Assembly (NCBI GenBank): GCA_964413735.1
Contig: CAYPSS010000005.1
Span: forward strand, 4,398-68,397
Source: an uncultured Gammaproteobacteria bacterium
GTDB lineage: Bacteria; Patescibacteriota; Patescibacteriia; UBA11705
Direction of reading: 5' to 3'
DNA: 64,000 nt
Position numbers and translations under genes: made by a program. Below, one piece after another: positions 17,603 through 28,470 of the stretch. The notes under the pieces are model-generated. The model ran no database searches. It saw nothing but the letters and a program-made list of their open reading frames with translations, and had not been told where the DNA came from. Each line of letters starts with the position of its first letter. Positions within the stretch are counted from its first letter, which is position 1.

Positions 17603-18832
17603 TTATTTAAGCATTTCCAAAGCTTTTTCCAATTGAGGATCCTGTTTTTTTTGCACGTCCTCAGCAGTATATTCCACTAATATATCCGGTTCAATGCCGA
17701 TTTTATCAATTGAATTTCCATTGGGAGTATACCAGGCGGCAGTCGTAACTTTCAAAGATGACCCATCAGGCAATAATTTCAATTCTTGCACCGACCCTTT
17801 ACCAAAAGTTTTTTCACCGACCAAAGTGGCTAAATCATGATCTTTCAACGCCCCAGCCACAATTTCCGAGGCTGAAGCTGAACCCCCATCAATTAAAATT
17901 ATTGTTGGGATATTTTTAAAATCAGGGGTATTTTTCGAGCGATAAATAATTTCTCGACCATCGGAAAACCGCTCAATCGCAATCACTTGCCCATTATCCA
18001 CCCAACGTGAAGCCACAAAATTAGCTTCAGTCAAAAGCCCACCCGGATCATTACGCAAATCCAAAATTATTCCGGTTATATTATGATTTTTTGCTTGTTT
18101 AATCATTTGATTGAAAAGTGGCGTCGTATCTTCATAAAAAGCGGACAATTCAATATATAAAATTCCATCATTGCGAAATTCCCACTTCATACTTTTAGTT
18201 TCAATCACATCTCGTTCAATGGAAATTTCCAATAATTCCTCGTCATTGCGCATTACAATTAAAGTAACCACCGTTCCTTTTGGACCACGAATCAACTTCA
18301 CCGCCTTGTCAACCGACATACCGGTGGTATCCAAATTATCAATCGCATAAATTTTATCCCCGGCCATTAAGCCGGCTTTTTCCGCCGGAGAATCAGGCAA
18401 TGGAGCAATAATGGTTAATCGATCATTACGCATTCCCACCTCCGCCCCAATACCGGTAAATTGTCCGTTAATATCTTCGGCAAATTCTTGGGTTTGATCC
18501 GGATTCATAAATACCGTATAAGGATCGTCCGCTCCGGCCACAAATCCGGTTAAAGCCGAATAAAACATTTTTTGCGGATCAATTGAATCTTTACCCACAA
18601 AATCCTTATTCAAATAACTCCAAACAACCTGAAATAAATCATGATTCAAGGTATCGGGCATATCAACCGTGGTTAAATCATTCAATTCATACCAACGTTG
18701 TTTATTATCCGTAACATGACCTAAGATAAAGCCTAAAAAAAAGATGGCGATAACAACAACCACCCAAACATAAATTTTAGCGACTTTTTTAATTTTTTGT
18801 TTTTCTAAGTTTATTTTTTGAAACGACTCCAT
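17603..18832 (-). CDS. ctpA: Carboxyl-terminal processing protease (S41 family)
   Basis: N-terminal TM, a PDZ domain (GIGAEVG...GDKIYAIDN), and the S41 catalytic region (LDLRNDPGGLL, GSASASEIVAGAL). Confidence 0.9.
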   Translation of the reverse strand: MESFQKINLEKQKIKKVAKIYVWVVVVIAIFFLGFILGHVTDNKQRWYELNDLTTVDMPDTLNHDLFQVVWSYLNKDFVGKDSIDPQKMFYSALTGFVAGADDPYTVFMNPDQTQEFAEDINGQFTGIGAEVGMRNDRLTIIAPLPDSPAEKAGLMAGDKIYAIDNLDTTGMSVDKAVKLIRGPKGTVVTLIVMRNDEELLEISIERDVIETKSMKWEFRNDGILYIELSAFYEDTTPLFNQMIKQAKNHNITGIILDLRNDPGGLLTEANFVASRWVDNGQVIAIERFSDGREIIYRSKNTPDFKNIPTIILIDGGSASASEIVAGALKDHDLATLVGEKTFGKGSVQELKLLPDGSSLKVTTAAWYTPNGNSIDKIGIEPDILVEYTAEDVQKKQDPQLEKALEMLK

Positions 18833-18846
18833 AATATATTTATTTC

Positions 18847-20070
18847 TTATTTTTTATCATTTTTCTCCGCTAACAAGCGTTCATATTCTCGTTGCAGACT
18901 AAGTAAAGCACTCTGAATTTCCTCTTGAGCAATTAATTTAATTTTATAGACCATAATAGTTCTTTTTATATGAGAGATATCTCGAATGGTATCCAGATCT
19001 AAAGGATCAATGTTTCTTTTTTTGCATTCTTGATCAATTCGCTTTTGCAAAGTATCAAATTGCAATTTTTCACGATTCCATTTGGCTCGTTTCACCAATT
19101 TTGCAATTTCCAATTCCGGAACACCTAAAGCCCGCAATCTGCCGAGCTGTTCATACGCCATAATAATTCGATCCCGATCAGTTGGGAAAATCATTAAATA
19201 TGATACTGTTTGTAAATGTTTGATCAAACTAATTAAATCAGGAGAATGCCTTTCTGGCATTTCAACCATCCCAGAAACAATCTCTGAATTATCAGCCATA
19301 GCTGTAGCTGTGTAAGCTTGAGTTTCAATCAAGGGGCGATTTTCTTTATATCTTTTTTCTTTGTTTTTTTTCGTAATTCGAGATAACGCTCGAAAAATTG
19401 CTCCACCAAACATTCCACCGGCAAATAAATTTTCTGATGAATTACCTACCAACCCTGCACCATAAGATCCAAGCAAAACACTTAATGATACCGCTAAATA
19501 TTCCGCATATTTCAACACTTCGGTTTCCACCTTACCGGGAAATTGATGACTATGAATTCTTTCATGCCAATAAGTTGAAAATTTCTCCGGAATACCTTGA
19601 AGCGCCAGAACAAAAAGCAATAACCTTGGATCGTTTAAATAAGTATCTTCAAGCAATAATATTTTGTTTGTTTCTTTTGAATATAATCCCTGCACACCAA
19701 AATCATCAGATTGAGAAACAAGATCATCTTGAATATCACAAACTTGTTTTTTGTGACCAGACCAATCCATTAGTAACTGAAAATTAATTAATTCACCAAG
19801 TTCTTGGTTAATTTCAGTTGAAAGCACAATGCGCCTTATGGCATTTTGTAAATGTTTTTGAAATATTTGCTTCTCGGCCTCGCGAAAATGTTTGTTTTGA
19901 AAATCAGCCGTGTGAATCAAATAATTTTCAATCTGATTCATCGTGTCTTTGACTTCGTTGGCATAATTTAGTTGCTTTTTCAATCGATCACGCTCTTGAA
20001 TCAAAGCATCAACATCCTCATCAATACCTGGCGGTTCCGGTGAAAATTGATAAACACCTTCTTTGAACAT
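18847..20070 (-). CDS. Hypothetical protein (contains an HExxH motif and a glycine-zipper segment)
   Basis: 407 aa. It has 'WHERIHSH' (an HExxH pattern), a Gly-rich hydrophobic stretch 'GSYGAGLVGNSSENLFAGGMFGGAIF' and a coiled-coil C-terminus. No family assigned. Confidence 0.45.
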   Translation of the reverse strand: MFKEGVYQFSPEPPGIDEDVDALIQERDRLKKQLNYANEVKDTMNQIENYLIHTADFQNKHFREAEKQIFQKHLQNAIRRIVLSTEINQELGELINFQLLMDWSGHKKQVCDIQDDLVSQSDDFGVQGLYSKETNKILLLEDTYLNDPRLLLFVLALQGIPEKFSTYWHERIHSHQFPGKVETEVLKYAEYLAVSLSVLLGSYGAGLVGNSSENLFAGGMFGGAIFRALSRITKKNKEKRYKENRPLIETQAYTATAMADNSEIVSGMVEMPERHSPDLISLIKHLQTVSYLMIFPTDRDRIIMAYEQLGRLRALGVPELEIAKLVKRAKWNREKLQFDTLQKRIDQECKKRNIDPLDLDTIRDISHIKRTIMVYKIKLIAQEEIQSALLSLQREYERLLAEKNDKK

Positions 20071-20072
20071 AA

Positions 20073-21332
20073 TTATTCAACTATTCGTTTAATATTAGCG
20101 CCAACCGCTTGCAAACGCTTTTCAATACTTTCATAACCACGATCAATTTGATAAATATTGTCAATTTCCGTTTGTCCCTCGGCCACCAACGCCGCTAAAA
20201 CCATGGCAAACCCGGCGCGTAAATCCGGGCTGGTTAATTTTCGACCACTTAAAGCAGTTGGACCATTAATAATCACTCGATGTGGATCACACATAATAAT
20301 TTGCGCACCCATTTGACTGAGCATGTCAGTATAAAAAAGTCGCCCTTCGAATATTGTTTCATGAACCAATGACATTCCTTGACATTGTGTTAACAAAACC
20401 GTGAAAGGAGCTTGTAAATCAGTCGGAAATCCGGGGTATTCATGGGTTTGAACATCAATGGCCTGTAAATTACCGCCACCAAAAATTTGAACATAATCTT
20501 CTCCCAATTGATACTTTACACCCATTTTATCAAACATTGCCCACAAAACATCCAAATGATCAGGTCGACAATTAGTTACCTTCAGATCTTCTCCGGCCAA
20601 AGCACCAAGAATGGCAAAACTCCCAGCTTCTACACGATCAGGAATCACATCATAAGTTCCACCGCTTAATTCTGACACCCCTTCAATGATAATCGTATGA
20701 GTACCGGCTCCGGAAATTTTCGCCCCAACTCGGTTCAAAAATTCCGCCAAAGCCGGAATTTCCGGTTCACAAGCAGCATTTTTCAATACCGTAGTTCCTT
20801 GCGCCAAAGTGGCGGTCATCATTAATGATTCAGTCACCGTGACCGATATTTTCGGGAAAATATAAGTCATTCCCGTTAATTGTTTTTTGGCTTTAAAAAT
20901 ATAAGCATCCTCATCTTCTTTAACCTCTGCTCCAAATTTTTTATACCCATCGACAAATAAATCAATCGGTCGTTTACCAATGGCGCAACCACCGGGATGA
21001 GGTAACTTCACTTGTCCGGTGCGCACCAACAATGGCCCAACCAATAAAACGGAAACTCTGATTTTTCGCACCAAATCAGGATCCAAATTATCCAAATTCA
21101 CTTCCGGAGTTTGCACATAAACCGTTTCACCTTCTCGACGATATTTGGTGCCCACCGCCTGCATCAAATCCAATAATCGATTAACTTCTTCGATGTTGGG
21201 ACAATTTTTAATAACTACTTCCTCCTTGGTAAGCAAAGAAGCCGCTAATATTTTCAAAGCCGCATTTTTGGCGCCTTTCACAGCAATTTCACCGTTTAAT
21301 TTCACCCCACCATTAATAACGAATTTTGACAT
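20073..21332 (-). CDS. murA: UDP-N-acetylglucosamine 1-carboxyvinyltransferase
   Basis: 419 aa with EPT-fold motifs and the active-site Cys in 'PGGCAIGKRPIDL'. Confidence 0.95.
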   Translation of the reverse strand: MSKFVINGGVKLNGEIAVKGAKNAALKILAASLLTKEEVVIKNCPNIEEVNRLLDLMQAVGTKYRREGETVYVQTPEVNLDNLDPDLVRKIRVSVLLVGPLLVRTGQVKLPHPGGCAIGKRPIDLFVDGYKKFGAEVKEDEDAYIFKAKKQLTGMTYIFPKISVTVTESLMMTATLAQGTTVLKNAACEPEIPALAEFLNRVGAKISGAGTHTIIIEGVSELSGGTYDVIPDRVEAGSFAILGALAGEDLKVTNCRPDHLDVLWAMFDKMGVKYQLGEDYVQIFGGGNLQAIDVQTHEYPGFPTDLQAPFTVLLTQCQGMSLVHETIFEGRLFYTDMLSQMGAQIIMCDPHRVIINGPTALSGRKLTSPDLRAGFAMVLAALVAEGQTEIDNIYQIDRGYESIEKRLQAVGANIKRIVE

Positions 21333-21489
21333 AAATTTTAAAAAATGATTATTTTTCTGATATATATCTAAAATAAGATTATCATACTTAACGAAAAAAA
21401 TAAAGTGAAACCAACCGCTTCAAAGCTTGAAAAAGTTGATTTTCCCCTTAATTTATGATACTTTAATATAGTATAAATTACCCTAAAAT

Positions 21490-22866
21490 ATGCATATTAA
21501 TATTCGTCGTGCGATTTCTTTCACGTTAATTATCGGTTTTATTATTTTAGCTCCGCTATTAATTCTTCATACGGCCGGCTATCGTTATAATTTCAAAAAA
21601 CAAAAAGTCACCTCTGCCGGATCATTAATTATCAAAACAGAACCTAAAAATGCCACCATCACCGTCAACGAACTGGGAATAACTCAAAATTCCCCGGGCA
21701 GAATCAATGATCTTCCGCAAAATGAATATACCATTTCCATAACTAAAGAAGGTTTTTTCCCTTGGATCAAGAAACTAACAGTCAAAGACATGGAAACCAC
21801 ATTTGCCGAAGATATTATGTTATTCAAAAATACTACGGAAATAAAAATTACCAATTTTACAATTGATCAAATTTTACCACTATCTGATCAATCAGGATTT
21901 GTTTTTATTAGTGAAAACAAAATACAATCTTTTGATTTTAGCACCAAACAAAATATCACCTTATACGAATTACCCGCCAATGAGGTTTTAACCAACTGGC
22001 AGTTATCCAAAAATAACGATTTTTTACTTATTACCGCTTCAAAAAACAATACCCTCCCAACCTTAGAAAAAAATATTATCATCAGTCGACATTCCCCACA
22101 AAACATCATTAATCTTAATGAAAAATTAAACACAACAGACCAAGTGCAAATACACTGGAGCATAGATAACAGTGACACTCTCTACCTAAAAAACAATAAT
22201 TCAATTTTACTGGCCAAAATCAACGGCAATACCATTAACATTAATCCTCTTTACACTTTTACTCCCGCCCAAAAAATTAATGATTTTTATGTTATTAACA
22301 ATAATTTATTTTTTCTGGAAAATAGCGCTGATAAATTTTTCATCAAACGATTATTACTGACCACTTCTGAAATGGATAAATATTCTCCAAAATTGGAACT
22401 CCCCAATTCTTCATACACCATTACCGGACAAATAGGCGGAAATTTAATTTTAAATGATATTTTGAAAAAAGAAACTTATATCATCAGCCAAGATTTGAAT
22501 AATATATTATTTCGGCAAACAAATTTAATTACCAAATCAATCTCATCAAAAAACAATCTCTGGGCTGTCACCGATGGCACGGAAATAATGTTGCTTGACC
22601 AAAAAACCACTCCATTTAACAAAAGTACCATTAATCGTGTCAGTCGTGGCATAAGTGGCGTGGTTTGGACTTCCTCCAGTAACTATTTACTATATAATCA
22701 TGAAGGGAAATTAAATATTATCGAACTGGATCCTCGAGAAAAAAGAAATATCATCGAATTAAACGCCGATAATGTTAATGAATTTATCTTGGATAATGAC
22801 GGTCAAAATATTTACTTTACTAAAAATAATGAACCGGGAGTTTTTCAATTATCTCTGACCGAATAA
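21490..22866 (+). CDS. PEGA-domain-containing membrane-anchored protein
   Basis: N-terminal TM, then a PEGA domain ('GSLIIKTEPKNATITVNELGITQNSPGRINDLPQNEYTISITKEGFFPWIKKLTV'), then an N/T/S-rich repeat region that looks like a beta-rich fold. Confidence 0.6.
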   Translation: MHINIRRAISFTLIIGFIILAPLLILHTAGYRYNFKKQKVTSAGSLIIKTEPKNATITVNELGITQNSPGRINDLPQNEYTISITKEGFFPWIKKLTVKDMETTFAEDIMLFKNTTEIKITNFTIDQILPLSDQSGFVFISENKIQSFDFSTKQNITLYELPANEVLTNWQLSKNNDFLLITASKNNTLPTLEKNIIISRHSPQNIINLNEKLNTTDQVQIHWSIDNSDTLYLKNNNSILLAKINGNTININPLYTFTPAQKINDFYVINNNLFFLENSADKFFIKRLLLTTSEMDKYSPKLELPNSSYTITGQIGGNLILNDILKKETYIISQDLNNILFRQTNLITKSISSKNNLWAVTDGTEIMLLDQKTTPFNKSTINRVSRGISGVVWTSSSNYLLYNHEGKLNIIELDPREKRNIIELNADNVNEFILDNDGQNIYFTKNNEPGVFQLSLTE

Positions 22867-22915
22867 AAACAAACAAAAAAACGATTGTCTGAAAATCGTT
22901 TTTTTTATTATAAAA

Positions 22916-23773
22916 CTACTTCAATTGCTCGAATGATTGAGAAAAAAGTAAATATACATAAGCGGTTTTAAAACCTTTTAACAAGAATATTAAAAACACA
23001 AGCGCTAATCCACCAAAAATCGCCACAATAATCGACAGCCAAATAAGACCAATATAATACAACAAAAAAGCCAACAAAACAAAAGGAATCAAAGCCAAGA
23101 AAACCGCAATTACATTAACAATAAACATTGCCAAATAAACCAACATTCGAATCACATTGATTATTATCACATCTGTAAATTTTACGATAAATAATCGCCA
23201 CCCGCTCTTCAAAGCTTCCCAGGGAGTTTGTTGTTCATTGACAATATAATGATAACAAAAAATATTAAACAACATGATTAAAACATTATAAGAAAGCATC
23301 AATAATCCAGTAATAATATCAACCGTTAAACTATCAATAGTTCGAGCGTTGATCAAGAAAATCAAAAATAACAAAATATTAGGAATCAAAAAATAAATTT
23401 CCAAAACCAACATGGGTAAAAACTTTTTAACCCCTTTATAAAATGTTTGTTTAAATGACATTTTTTGTCCCGCCAAAGAGGCTTTAACCACCGACACCAA
23501 GCCGGCCTTAAAAACCAAAGCGAAAAAAGAAACCGCCAACACAAACAAAATCATCAATAACATCAGAAGAAACGCGGAAAATTTACTAAAAAATTGATAA
23601 AAGTAAAATAACGCATCATTACTGCTGGCAATGTATAAGAAAATATCATTTCGTGAATTAAACGTTAAGAAAAAACTTAGTTCGGTAACAAACAGACCAA
23701 CAAACCACAGTACTTTATACTTCCAAACCAAACGCCACGATTGGAGAATCAATGACATGTATGATTGAATCAT
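22916..23773 (-). CDS. Polytopic membrane protein, function unknown
   Basis: 285 aa with about 7 TM helices. Confidence 0.45.
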   Translation of the reverse strand: MIQSYMSLILQSWRLVWKYKVLWFVGLFVTELSFFLTFNSRNDIFLYIASSNDALFYFYQFFSKFSAFLLMLLMILFVLAVSFFALVFKAGLVSVVKASLAGQKMSFKQTFYKGVKKFLPMLVLEIYFLIPNILLFLIFLINARTIDSLTVDIITGLLMLSYNVLIMLFNIFCYHYIVNEQQTPWEALKSGWRLFIVKFTDVIIINVIRMLVYLAMFIVNVIAVFLALIPFVLLAFLLYYIGLIWLSIIVAIFGGLALVFLIFLLKGFKTAYVYLLFSQSFEQLK

Positions 23774-23778
23774 AATTT

Positions 23779-24507
23779 TTATTTTTCATTTTTAATTTTT
23801 TTTTGCGCAATTAAAGTGGAAGCACGATACAGCGATTCGATTGTTCCGGCATCGGTCCACCAACCATCCAAAATACCAAAGGACATGGTTCCTTGCTGGA
23901 CATAATAATTATTAACATCGGTTATTTCCAATTCACCGCGACCGGATGGTTTAAGCGTGCGAATCACATCCCAAACTTGGGAATCATACATATACAAACC
24001 GGTAACCGCCAAATTACTTTTCGGTTGAGTGGGTTTTTCTTCAATTGATAAAATCCGATCACCGGCCAATTCCGCCACCCCAAAGCGATGTGGATCAGCC
24101 ACTTCCTTCAATAATATTTTAGCACCTTTTTCTTGAGATTTAAAATCTTCTACAATTGGGGCAATCCCATGCTCAAAAAGATTATCACCCAAAATCACCA
24201 CCACCTTTTCATAATCGGAAAATTTTTCACACAAACTTAAAGCTTGGGCAATACCTCCGGCCTCTTCTTGAACTTCATAGGAAACTTTAGCGCCAAATTC
24301 ACGGCCAGACCCTAATAATTCAACAAAATGCCCGGCATGCCCACGTCCGGAAACAATTAAAATATCCTTGATCCCGGCTTGGACCAATGTATTAAGCGGA
24401 TAATAAATCATCGGCTTGTCATAAACCGGTAATAAATGTTTATTTGTCACCTTAGTCATCGGTGCTAATCGAGTACCACTGCCTCCCGCCAAAATAATTC
24501 CCTTCAT
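23779..24507 (-). CDS. Sugar-phosphate nucleotidyltransferase (glucose-1-phosphate thymidylyltransferase-like, short form)
   Basis: 'MKGIILAGGSGTRLAPMTKVTNKHLLPVYDKPMIYYPL' is the RmlA/G1P-nucleotidyltransferase signature. Confidence 0.8.
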   Translation of the reverse strand: MKGIILAGGSGTRLAPMTKVTNKHLLPVYDKPMIYYPLNTLVQAGIKDILIVSGRGHAGHFVELLGSGREFGAKVSYEVQEEAGGIAQALSLCEKFSDYEKVVVILGDNLFEHGIAPIVEDFKSQEKGAKILLKEVADPHRFGVAELAGDRILSIEEKPTQPKSNLAVTGLYMYDSQVWDVIRTLKPSGRGELEITDVNNYYVQQGTMSFGILDGWWTDAGTIESLYRASTLIAQKKIKNEK

Positions 24508-24513
24508 ATTTTT

Positions 24514-25359
24514 TTAGGTATGATATTTTTTTATATATTCTTGCAAAGCATCTTGCCAAGCGCGTTGTAATGGCAATTTGGTATTTAGTAATTGAGAATA
24601 TTTGGGACGCTGAGCTGGACGGGGAAAATGATCAGCCAAAACCGGAATCAAATTAATTTTTTTATTAATAATTTTGAATATTTCTTGACCAAAACCATAC
24701 CAAGTACAAGCACCATCATTGGCGCCATGATAAACACCAAAGGTCGGTCTTTGCTCAACCAAATTTTTCGTCAATAATGCCAAGTCAGGCGCATAGGTGG
24801 GACAAGAATATTCTTCATCTACCAACTGCAATTCCTGTTTTTCTTTTGACAAGGCGACCATCACATCCACAAAACTTTTTTTCGCCCCTGCGGAAATTGC
24901 CGGAAAACCAAAAATACGCGACGGACGAATGACATAAAAACGACCACCAATTTCTCGAACCGCTTTTTCACCTAACCACTTGGAACGACCATACTTATTT
25001 ATGGGATCAGCTTCACTGTCTTCGGTATATCCTTTTTTATTTTGACCATTAAAAATATAGTCCGTGGAATAATGAATCAAAATTGAATTTAATTCTTGCG
25101 AAATCTCTGCCAAATTTTTCGGACCGTAAAAATTAACTTTTAATGCCAGCGTATCATCTTTTTCCGCTTCATCTACCGCATTATAAGCAGCCGCATTAAT
25201 AATCAATTCTGGTTTAATTTCTTTAATCAAAGACCATGACTGATCTTTATCAATAATATCAATCTGTTCTTTGTCCCACAAATATAGTTGTTCAGTCGCA
25301 AACTGCTTAGCCAATTCTTGCCCCAGCATACCTTTTGCGCCTAAAATAAGTATTTTCAT
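24514..25359 (-). CDS. rmlD: dTDP-4-dehydrorhamnose reductase
   Basis: 281 aa with the Rossmann motif 'MKILILGAKGMLGQEL' and an RmlD substrate-binding domain. Confidence 0.8.
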   Translation of the reverse strand: MKILILGAKGMLGQELAKQFATEQLYLWDKEQIDIIDKDQSWSLIKEIKPELIINAAAYNAVDEAEKDDTLALKVNFYGPKNLAEISQELNSILIHYSTDYIFNGQNKKGYTEDSEADPINKYGRSKWLGEKAVREIGGRFYVIRPSRIFGFPAISAGAKKSFVDVMVALSKEKQELQLVDEEYSCPTYAPDLALLTKNLVEQRPTFGVYHGANDGACTWYGFGQEIFKIINKKINLIPVLADHFPRPAQRPKYSQLLNTKLPLQRAWQDALQEYIKKYHT

Positions 25360-25439
25360 AATATCTTTAAGTTTAGCAAAGCTCTGGTTAATGTCAACCT
25401 AAATAAAAAAACCCCATATTATGAGGTTTTGTCAAATTG

Positions 25440-26690
25440 TTAGCCTAAAAGCACACCAACCAAATTTTCTTTCAACAAAGGAAATCTGGTCCACGGATTG
25501 CAACATTCATCCAAATCACAAACCAATCTACTGGACCATTGTTCATAATTCCGACGAATCGCATTAAAACCATAAATCCAAGCCACCTGACTTTCATTGG
25601 GCAAACTCTTGAACATTTTTTCCAATTTTTCCGCTGCTTCAGCCCCAGCTTCAGACGGTTCAATTTTTTCTTGCAAAAACTTTTCCCACACACCATCAAC
25701 TTCCAACGCAAAATGCTTCGTATTTTCACTAACTACCCGAATAATATCAAGAAGATAGCCTGTATATTCATCTCGCAAAGTCACCATATAACCATAATCA
25801 TGCTTACCATACGGTGAATTGTTATTCATGGAATTAGCAAACATCTGCAAATGTTCCAACATCGTACGCGGACCAACAATTTCTTGGCGCAATAACGGGC
25901 GCATATGTTGTTCAAACTCAACATCGTAAAACCCATGACTTGAAGAAAAATCTTTATGAGGATCGACCAAAGTCAAATAATGTCGTGCCGGAAAACACGG
26001 TCCCGTGCAATCCAAACGATCCACCCAACGGGTATACCACACGAAAAACCAGGGAGTCCCATCATCTTCCGTGTCTTTGTAAGGCATAATGACTTTCGTC
26101 TGACCATCAGCCAAAGTCACAGTTTGCGATTTCAGGTAATGCGTATGCGCCATCACCGCGTATTGCAACAACTTTTGTTCACCCGGATTCAAACCGCAAT
26201 CGTCTTCTTGAAAAATCAAATGCAAAGCAATGGCGGACATTTCTGCGTGGCGAAAAACCAAGTGACTTTCAGAATAACGATCCACAATCGCACAACCCAG
26301 ATCATGCAAAACGCCACCAAGCAAACCAATGAAAATCTGGCGTTCATCACCTTCCAAGCGAGAAAACAACCGCAAAGCATTCAAATAATCACGCATCATA
26401 TGACCCTTACCATGGCCGGGATCAACTTTGCCGGCAAACAAACCCATTTTCGTTGCCTGATCCAAGACTTGATCAATGACAAAAATGGCCCGCGTCAACA
26501 AAGATCGACGATTATTGCCAAACATCGGCGTATTCACAACATCGAGCAAGCGCAAATCAACTGATTGTAAAAGATCCGTAATAATTGCTTGTTTTTCCGC
26601 TTCACCACAACTTTTCAATCTCTCAGCCATTGACATTGTTCCCCTCCGTGGGAAAAGAAATAAACACTGTTCAATCTTAACAAAAATCAA
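25440..26690 (-). CDS. HD-domain protein, function unknown (GC-richer than its neighbours)
   Basis: 416 aa with an H..HD metal-binding pattern ('GKGHMMRDY...GGVLHDLG'). The true start may be the internal Met at about 26636 (MSMAERL). Confidence 0.45.
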   Translation of the reverse strand: MIFVKIEQCLFLFPRRGTMSMAERLKSCGEAEKQAIITDLLQSVDLRLLDVVNTPMFGNNRRSLLTRAIFVIDQVLDQATKMGLFAGKVDPGHGKGHMMRDYLNALRLFSRLEGDERQIFIGLLGGVLHDLGCAIVDRYSESHLVFRHAEMSAIALHLIFQEDDCGLNPGEQKLLQYAVMAHTHYLKSQTVTLADGQTKVIMPYKDTEDDGTPWFFVWYTRWVDRLDCTGPCFPARHYLTLVDPHKDFSSSHGFYDVEFEQHMRPLLRQEIVGPRTMLEHLQMFANSMNNNSPYGKHDYGYMVTLRDEYTGYLLDIIRVVSENTKHFALEVDGVWEKFLQEKIEPSEAGAEAAEKLEKMFKSLPNESQVAWIYGFNAIRRNYEQWSSRLVCDLDECCNPWTRFPLLKENLVGVLLG

Positions 26691-26754
26691 CCATTTGTCA
26701 AGGTAATAAAAAAAAGAAGCTCTAACCCATCTTCTTTTTTATCTAATTATTAAT

Positions 26755-27312
26755 TCATTTTAATAATAACATTATTGCTTCATATTTGGGCCTGATAATT
26801 TCTTTTGATTTGTCAAAAATTAATTGAGCCCATTTATTTTCCAATTTTTTTCTAACCGATTCTTTAGCTGTTCCTTGATCTAAATTTTCGTATATAAAAG
26901 CGGCTTTAAATAAACCGGCAATACTTTCAAAAGCACTCAAAGCATCCGCCTCGGCAATGATTTTCTCCTCCAGACTTTTACGAATACATGGCTGAGAACC
27001 TCTGTGATTTTGAATACATTTTTTCACCATCTCAATTTTTTCAACCGGATATCCAAATTCATTCAATTTATCTTCCGCTATTTTTGCGCTCGTTATATGA
27101 TGATCATGTCTTCCATAAATAATAGAACCAATATCATGTAACCAAGCGGCCAGCAACACAACCTCTTTATCGCCACCAAGTTCATCCACCAACTCTTCCG
27201 CATATTGAACAACTGGAATAAAGTGAAAAAGAAAAGGCTCATAACCATATTTACTGCTTGGCTTTTTACATTCTTTTTCAACAAACGTTCTAATTTCATC
27301 AACAATATCCAT
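26755..27312 (-). CDS. HD-superfamily phosphohydrolase
   Basis: 185 aa. 'LLAAWLHDIGSI..GRHDHH' matches the HD motif. Confidence 0.7.
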   Translation of the reverse strand: MDIVDEIRTFVEKECKKPSSKYGYEPFLFHFIPVVQYAEELVDELGGDKEVVLLAAWLHDIGSIIYGRHDHHITSAKIAEDKLNEFGYPVEKIEMVKKCIQNHRGSQPCIRKSLEEKIIAEADALSAFESIAGLFKAAFIYENLDQGTAKESVRKKLENKWAQLIFDKSKEIIRPKYEAIMLLLK

Positions 27313-27315
27313 AAC

Positions 27316-28332
27316 CTAAATAGTCATTGATTTTTTCTGATACTGCTGATCATAATACTTCTGATAATCACCACTTTTCACATTCCTCCACCATGGTTCA
27401 TTTTCCTGATACCACATAATGGTTTTCTCGATTCCGGTGGCAAAATTGGTCTTGGGACGCCAACCAAGCTCAGCCATAATTTTATACGGCTTAATGGCAT
27501 AACGACGATCATGTCCTTTGCGATCTTCCACATATTCAATCATTTCTTCACCAAAACCCATTTTCCCTAAAATCATTTCCGTTAATTGTTGATTACTCAA
27601 TTCCTCTCGACCACTGATACAATAAGTTTCCCCCACTTTGCCTTCATGCAAAATAATATCCACCGCTTCATTGTGATCATCAACATAAATCCAATCACGC
27701 ACATTTTTACCTGTACCATACAACGGAACACGTTTACCTTCCATTAAATTGGTCACAAACAAAGGAATCACTTTTTCCGGAAATTGATACGGGCCATAAT
27801 TATTAGAACAATTGGAAATGGTAATCGGTAAACCATGGGTATGATAATAAGCGCGAACCAAATGATCGGAAGCCGCCTTAGAGGCCGAATATGGACTACG
27901 CGGATCATAGGAGGTTTCTTCGTGAAAATATCCTTCTTCACCCAACGAGCCGAAAACTTCATCTGTGGAAATATGGTGGAATCTTTTCACTTGATGTTTT
28001 CGCGCCACTTCTAACAAAACTTGGGTACCAATCACATTGGTTTTGATAAATTCTTCGGCATTTAAAATTGAACGATCAACGTGCGATTCAGCCGCAAAAT
28101 GCACCACCACCTCCACCCCATCCATCACATGATCGAGTAATTCAAAATTCAAAATATCCCCTTTAACAAACTTATAATTCGGATGACTTTCAATGTCTCG
28201 TAAATTTTCCAAATTACCGGCATAAGTCAATTTATCATAATTGATAATATCATAAAAAGGATACCGTCTCAGCATGTATCTGATAAAATTCGAACCAATG
28301 AATCCCGCCCCTCCGGTTACCAACATTTTCAT
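27316..28332 (-). CDS. rmlB: dTDP-glucose 4,6-dehydratase
   Basis: 338 aa with 'MKMLVTGGAGFIGSNF', the YxxxK catalytic pair (YSASKAASD) and the extended SDR fold. Confidence 0.95.
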   Translation of the reverse strand: MKMLVTGGAGFIGSNFIRYMLRRYPFYDIINYDKLTYAGNLENLRDIESHPNYKFVKGDILNFELLDHVMDGVEVVVHFAAESHVDRSILNAEEFIKTNVIGTQVLLEVARKHQVKRFHHISTDEVFGSLGEEGYFHEETSYDPRSPYSASKAASDHLVRAYYHTHGLPITISNCSNNYGPYQFPEKVIPLFVTNLMEGKRVPLYGTGKNVRDWIYVDDHNEAVDIILHEGKVGETYCISGREELSNQQLTEMILGKMGFGEEMIEYVEDRKGHDRRYAIKPYKIMAELGWRPKTNFATGIEKTIMWYQENEPWWRNVKSGDYQKYYDQQYQKKSMTI

Positions 28333-28470
28333 ATTTATTTTGTTATTTTCATCTATAGCTTAATAAATTGACTGATAAAGTCAATAGCACTTATTTAATT
28401 TTAAGCCAATTACGATTTAATTTATTCAAAACCAACAAATCATCTATCATGTCAAATATCAGATGCGTAA

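Noticed and set aside
28333-28470. Palindrome ATTGACT-gataaa-AGTCAAT upstream of rmlB as a defined operator
   Set aside because: It is a perfect 7-bp inverted repeat overlapping a TTGACT -35-like hexamer. Without a cognate regulator or conservation I cannot support calling it more than a possible promoter element.
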